DNA of 64,000 nucleotides from Helicobacter suis (GTDB lineage Bacteria; Campylobacterota; Campylobacteria; Campylobacterales; Helicobacteraceae): NCBI RefSeq assembly GCF_902196135.1, contig NZ_CABIKE010000003.1, positions 37,235 to 101,234 of the forward strand, read 5' to 3'. Shown piece by piece: positions 61,293 to 64,000 of this stretch (position 1 is its first letter; each line of letters starts with the position of its first letter). The notes under the pieces were generated by a model. It saw only the letters and a program-made list of their open reading frames with translations, ran no database searches and was not told where the DNA came from. The position numbers and the translations under genes were made by a program.

Positions 61293-63488
61293 GTGGCTAG
61301 CAATAAGCAAAAGAGCATTCTTAAAAGAACCTTTCCTTTCTTAAGACAACTCACCCAGTCTAAAGATTTAACGGTTGTGGCTTTTGTGATTGCCATTTTA
61401 GGCATCATCATCGTGCCCCTGCCCCCTTTTTTACTAGATTTTTTACTCACCATTTCTATCGCCCTCTCCGTGCTCATTATTCTTATCGGGCTTTATATCA
61501 CCAAACCTACCGACTTTAGCGCTTTCCCTACTTTGCTTTTAATTGTAACTTTGTACCGCCTTGCTCTTAATGTCGCCACCACGCGCATGATTTTAACGCA
61601 AGGCTATAAAGGCCCTAGTGCAGTGAGTGATATTATTAGCGCCTTTGGGGAATTTACTGTAAGCGGGAATTATGTTATTGGCACGATTATTTTTAGTATT
61701 TTGGTGTTAGTTAATCTTTTAGTTGTTACTAATGGCTCAACCCGTGTTACAGAAGTACGCGCCCGTTTTGCTTTAGATGCCATGCCGGGTAAACAAATGG
61801 CCATTGATGCGGATTTAAACTCCGGATTAATTGATAGCGAAGAGGCAAAAAGAAGGCGCGCAAGCTTAACACAAGAGGCAGATTTTTACGGCGCAATGGA
61901 TGGGGCTAGTAAATTTGTAAAAGGCGATGCGATTGCCTCTATTATTATCACGCTGATTAATATTATCGGGGGGTTTTTAGTGGGGGTGTTTCAACGAGAT
62001 ATGAGTGTGAGTTTTAGCGCCTCTACTTTTACGATTTTAACCATTGGCGATGGGCTAGTAGGGCAGATTCCAGCCCTCATTATTGCCACCGCAACCGGTA
62101 TTGTCGCTACGCGTACCACCCAGCATGAAGAAGAAAATTTTGCCAGTAAGCTTATCACCCAGTTAACCGATAAAAGTAAAACTTTAGTGATCGTGGGTTG
62201 CGTGCTTTTACTTTTTGCTAGTATCCCCGGGTTGCCTACTTTTTCTATGGCCTTTGTGGGGAGTTTATTTTTATTTATTGCATGGCTAATTTCAAGAGAG
62301 GGTAAAGACAATCTTTTTACCAAGTTTGAAAAGTGGCTTGGCAAAAAAACAGGGATAGATTTAATGCCAAAAGAATCCACTCCCCTTGATCAAGCCCCCG
62401 TGCGTACCCAAAAGAGCGCAGAAGAGATTAAAAAAGAAGAAGAGCAAGCCATTAATGAGGTACTTAAAATTGAATTTTTAGAGCTTGCGCTAGGTTATCA
62501 GCTTATTTCTTTAGCCGATGTCAAGCAAGGCGGGGATTTACTTGAGCGCATTAGAGGCATTAGAAAGAAAATTGCAAGCGACTATGGCTTTTTAATGCCC
62601 CAGATTCGTATCCGTGATAATTTACAACTCCCCCCCACCCATTATGAGATCAAACTCAAAGGAATTACAATTGGGGATGGGAGCGTGATGCCCGATCGTT
62701 TCTTAGCGATGAATACAGGTTTTGCAGGTAAGCAAATAGAGGGCATTGCTACTAAAGAGCCGGCCTTTGGAATGGATGCGCTTTGGATTGAGCCAAAAGA
62801 TAAAGAGGAGGCGATCATTCAGGGGTATACCATTATTGATCCTTCTACCGTGATTGCCACACACACCAGCGAACTAGTTAAAAGTTACGCGGAGGAATTC
62901 ATCACCAAAGATGAGGTTAAATCGCTCTTAGATCGTTTAAGCAATGATTATCCAGCCATTGTAGAGGAGGCTAAAAAAGTCCCAACGGGGGTGATTCGAT
63001 CTGTCCTGCAAGAACTTTTACATGAAAAAATCCCCATTAAAGACATGCTCACCATTTTAGAAACCATCACCGATATTGCCCCAAGTGTGCAAAACGATGT
63101 TGGTATTCTAACCGAACAGGTGCGCGCTAGGCTTTCACGCGTGATCACTAATATTTTTAAATCCGAAGATGGAACGCTTAAGCTCCTCACTTTAAGCACA
63201 GCTACCGAACAATTTTTACTCAATAAACTCAAAGATCAGCCCTCCGGGAAATTTTTACTTTTAAACGCAACAGAGATGCAGCAATTAATAGAAAATGTCT
63301 CAGCAGAATCGATGAAAATTTTACAACGCGGGATTGCTCCGGTTATTTTAATTGTTGATCCAGAGTTGCGCCGTCCGCTCTCAACTAAAATGGAACAATT
63401 TAAAATTGATATTGTGGTGCTTAGCCACGCTGAATTAGACACCAACGCTAAGTATGAGGTATTGGGTACAATTAACATCAACTTTTAA
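61293..63488 (+). CDS. flhA: Flagellar type III export gate protein FlhA
   Basis: The 731-aa protein has an N-terminal 8-TM domain with a conserved FHIPxxxG-like region and a cytoplasmic C-terminal domain. Confidence 0.9.
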   Translation: MASNKQKSILKRTFPFLRQLTQSKDLTVVAFVIAILGIIIVPLPPFLLDFLLTISIALSVLIILIGLYITKPTDFSAFPTLLLIVTLYRLALNVATTRMILTQGYKGPSAVSDIISAFGEFTVSGNYVIGTIIFSILVLVNLLVVTNGSTRVTEVRARFALDAMPGKQMAIDADLNSGLIDSEEAKRRRASLTQEADFYGAMDGASKFVKGDAIASIIITLINIIGGFLVGVFQRDMSVSFSASTFTILTIGDGLVGQIPALIIATATGIVATRTTQHEEENFASKLITQLTDKSKTLVIVGCVLLLFASIPGLPTFSMAFVGSLFLFIAWLISREGKDNLFTKFEKWLGKKTGIDLMPKESTPLDQAPVRTQKSAEEIKKEEEQAINEVLKIEFLELALGYQLISLADVKQGGDLLERIRGIRKKIASDYGFLMPQIRIRDNLQLPPTHYEIKLKGITIGDGSVMPDRFLAMNTGFAGKQIEGIATKEPAFGMDALWIEPKDKEEAIIQGYTIIDPSTVIATHTSELVKSYAEEFITKDEVKSLLDRLSNDYPAIVEEAKKVPTGVIRSVLQELLHEKIPIKDMLTILETITDIAPSVQNDVGILTEQVRARLSRVITNIFKSEDGTLKLLTLSTATEQFLLNKLKDQPSGKFLLLNATEMQQLIENVSAESMKILQRGIAPVILIVDPELRRPLSTKMEQFKIDIVVLSHAELDTNAKYEVLGTININF

Positions 63489-63496
63489 GGAATGGC

Positions 63497-64000
63497 ATGC
63501 AGGTTTTTCATTTATCCCACATTGATTTAGATGGCTATGGTTGCCAGTTTGTTAGCCGTTGTTTTTTTAGTGAAATCAAGTTTTATAACGCTAATTATGG
63601 GCGCGAGGTAGGGGCTAGATTGCATGAAATTATTACTGATACCAAAAAGGCTATCACTCAAGGGGAGAGAGATATTTTAATTTTAATTACAGATTTAAAC
63701 TTGACTTTAAGCGAGGCGCAGTTTTTACAAGAACAAAGCGATGCGTTACGCCTTTCTGATCAAAAAATCCAAGTACTACTCCTTGATCACCACGCCACAG
63801 GTTTAGAGGCCTCTAAGGCTTATACATGGTACTTTTTAGACACGGAGCGCAGCGCTTCTAAGATCACTTGGGAAACTCTAAAGGCGCAATATCCACTCAA
63901 AGAGGGGAGTAATAAAGAAAAATTAGAGCTACTAGTGGCGATGATTAATTCTATTGATATTTGGAAAGAAGGGGAATTTGGCTTTGATTTAGGCAAGGTG
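63497..64000 (+). CDS. DHH-family phosphoesterase (NrnA-like), 3' end outside the window
   Basis: MQVFHLSHIDLDGYG and LLLDHHATG DHH motifs are present. Confidence 0.65.
   Translation, partial: MQVFHLSHIDLDGYGCQFVSRCFFSEIKFYNANYGREVGARLHEIITDTKKAITQGERDILILITDLNLTLSEAQFLQEQSDALRLSDQKIQVLLLDHHATGLEASKAYTWYFLDTERSASKITWETLKAQYPLKEGSNKEKLELLVAMINSIDIWKEGEFGFDLGKV

Noticed and set aside
1..64000. CRISPR arrays, tRNA genes, IS/transposase or integrase genes, prophage genes
   Set aside because: I searched for regularly spaced direct repeats, tRNA T-loop/acceptor signatures in all intergenic regions of 80 nt or more, and for transposase/integrase-like ORFs. None were found.

Overview
This window looks like chromosomal DNA from a Helicobacter of the H. 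pylori lineage, probably a gastric non-pylori species. The main support is the gene content and local gene order, which match my memory of H. pylori blocks: gltS-ribD-methyltransferase-Cu ATPase (HP1503-1506-like), S4 protein/ileS/queF, HP0274..HP0265-like (YkgJ, three hypotheticals, DUF374, miaB, amidohydrolases, ccdA), deaD/SPFH, fldA, mtaB/ftsH-like/bioV, ftsY/radA, rocE/htrA, rsmH/rnpB, tpiA-lpxD, frdCAB, waaL-like/rpsO/flhA. Most of the window is housekeeping. RNase P RNA (rnpB) is identified on the minus strand by its conserved core motifs. Two stretches look accessory. (1) About 6.4-12.9 kb, between a PseC-like aminotransferase and the S4/ileS genes, is an AT-rich island. It carries a small ORF interrupted by a 17-nt poly-G tract, a classic slipped-strand phase-variation switch that is currently OFF. 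It also has a lipoprotein, a 530-aa orphan protein with tandem KE-rich repeats, a decayed Sel1/Hcp-like pseudogene, a LysE-like exporter, a degraded ORF, and an FkbM-family methyltransferase that carries an 11-nt homopolymer and a downstream frameshift. (2) About 16.6-21.1 kb holds a divergent pair: phenolic acid decarboxylase (padC) and a TPP-dependent indolepyruvate/phenylpyruvate-type decarboxylase (ipdC-like). Next to them are a degenerate TrpC-like barrel and a secreted TPR protein. This is an aromatic-compound module that I do not associate with H. pylori. A Maf-family flagellin-glycosylation gene carries C9 and C7 coding homopolymers. I found no CRISPR array, tRNA, transposase or prophage genes. 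The strongest candidate for a new, coordinated system is the phase-variable cassette at 6.6-9.3 kb (switch ORF, lipoprotein, orphan 530-aa protein). Its function cannot be assigned from sequence alone.
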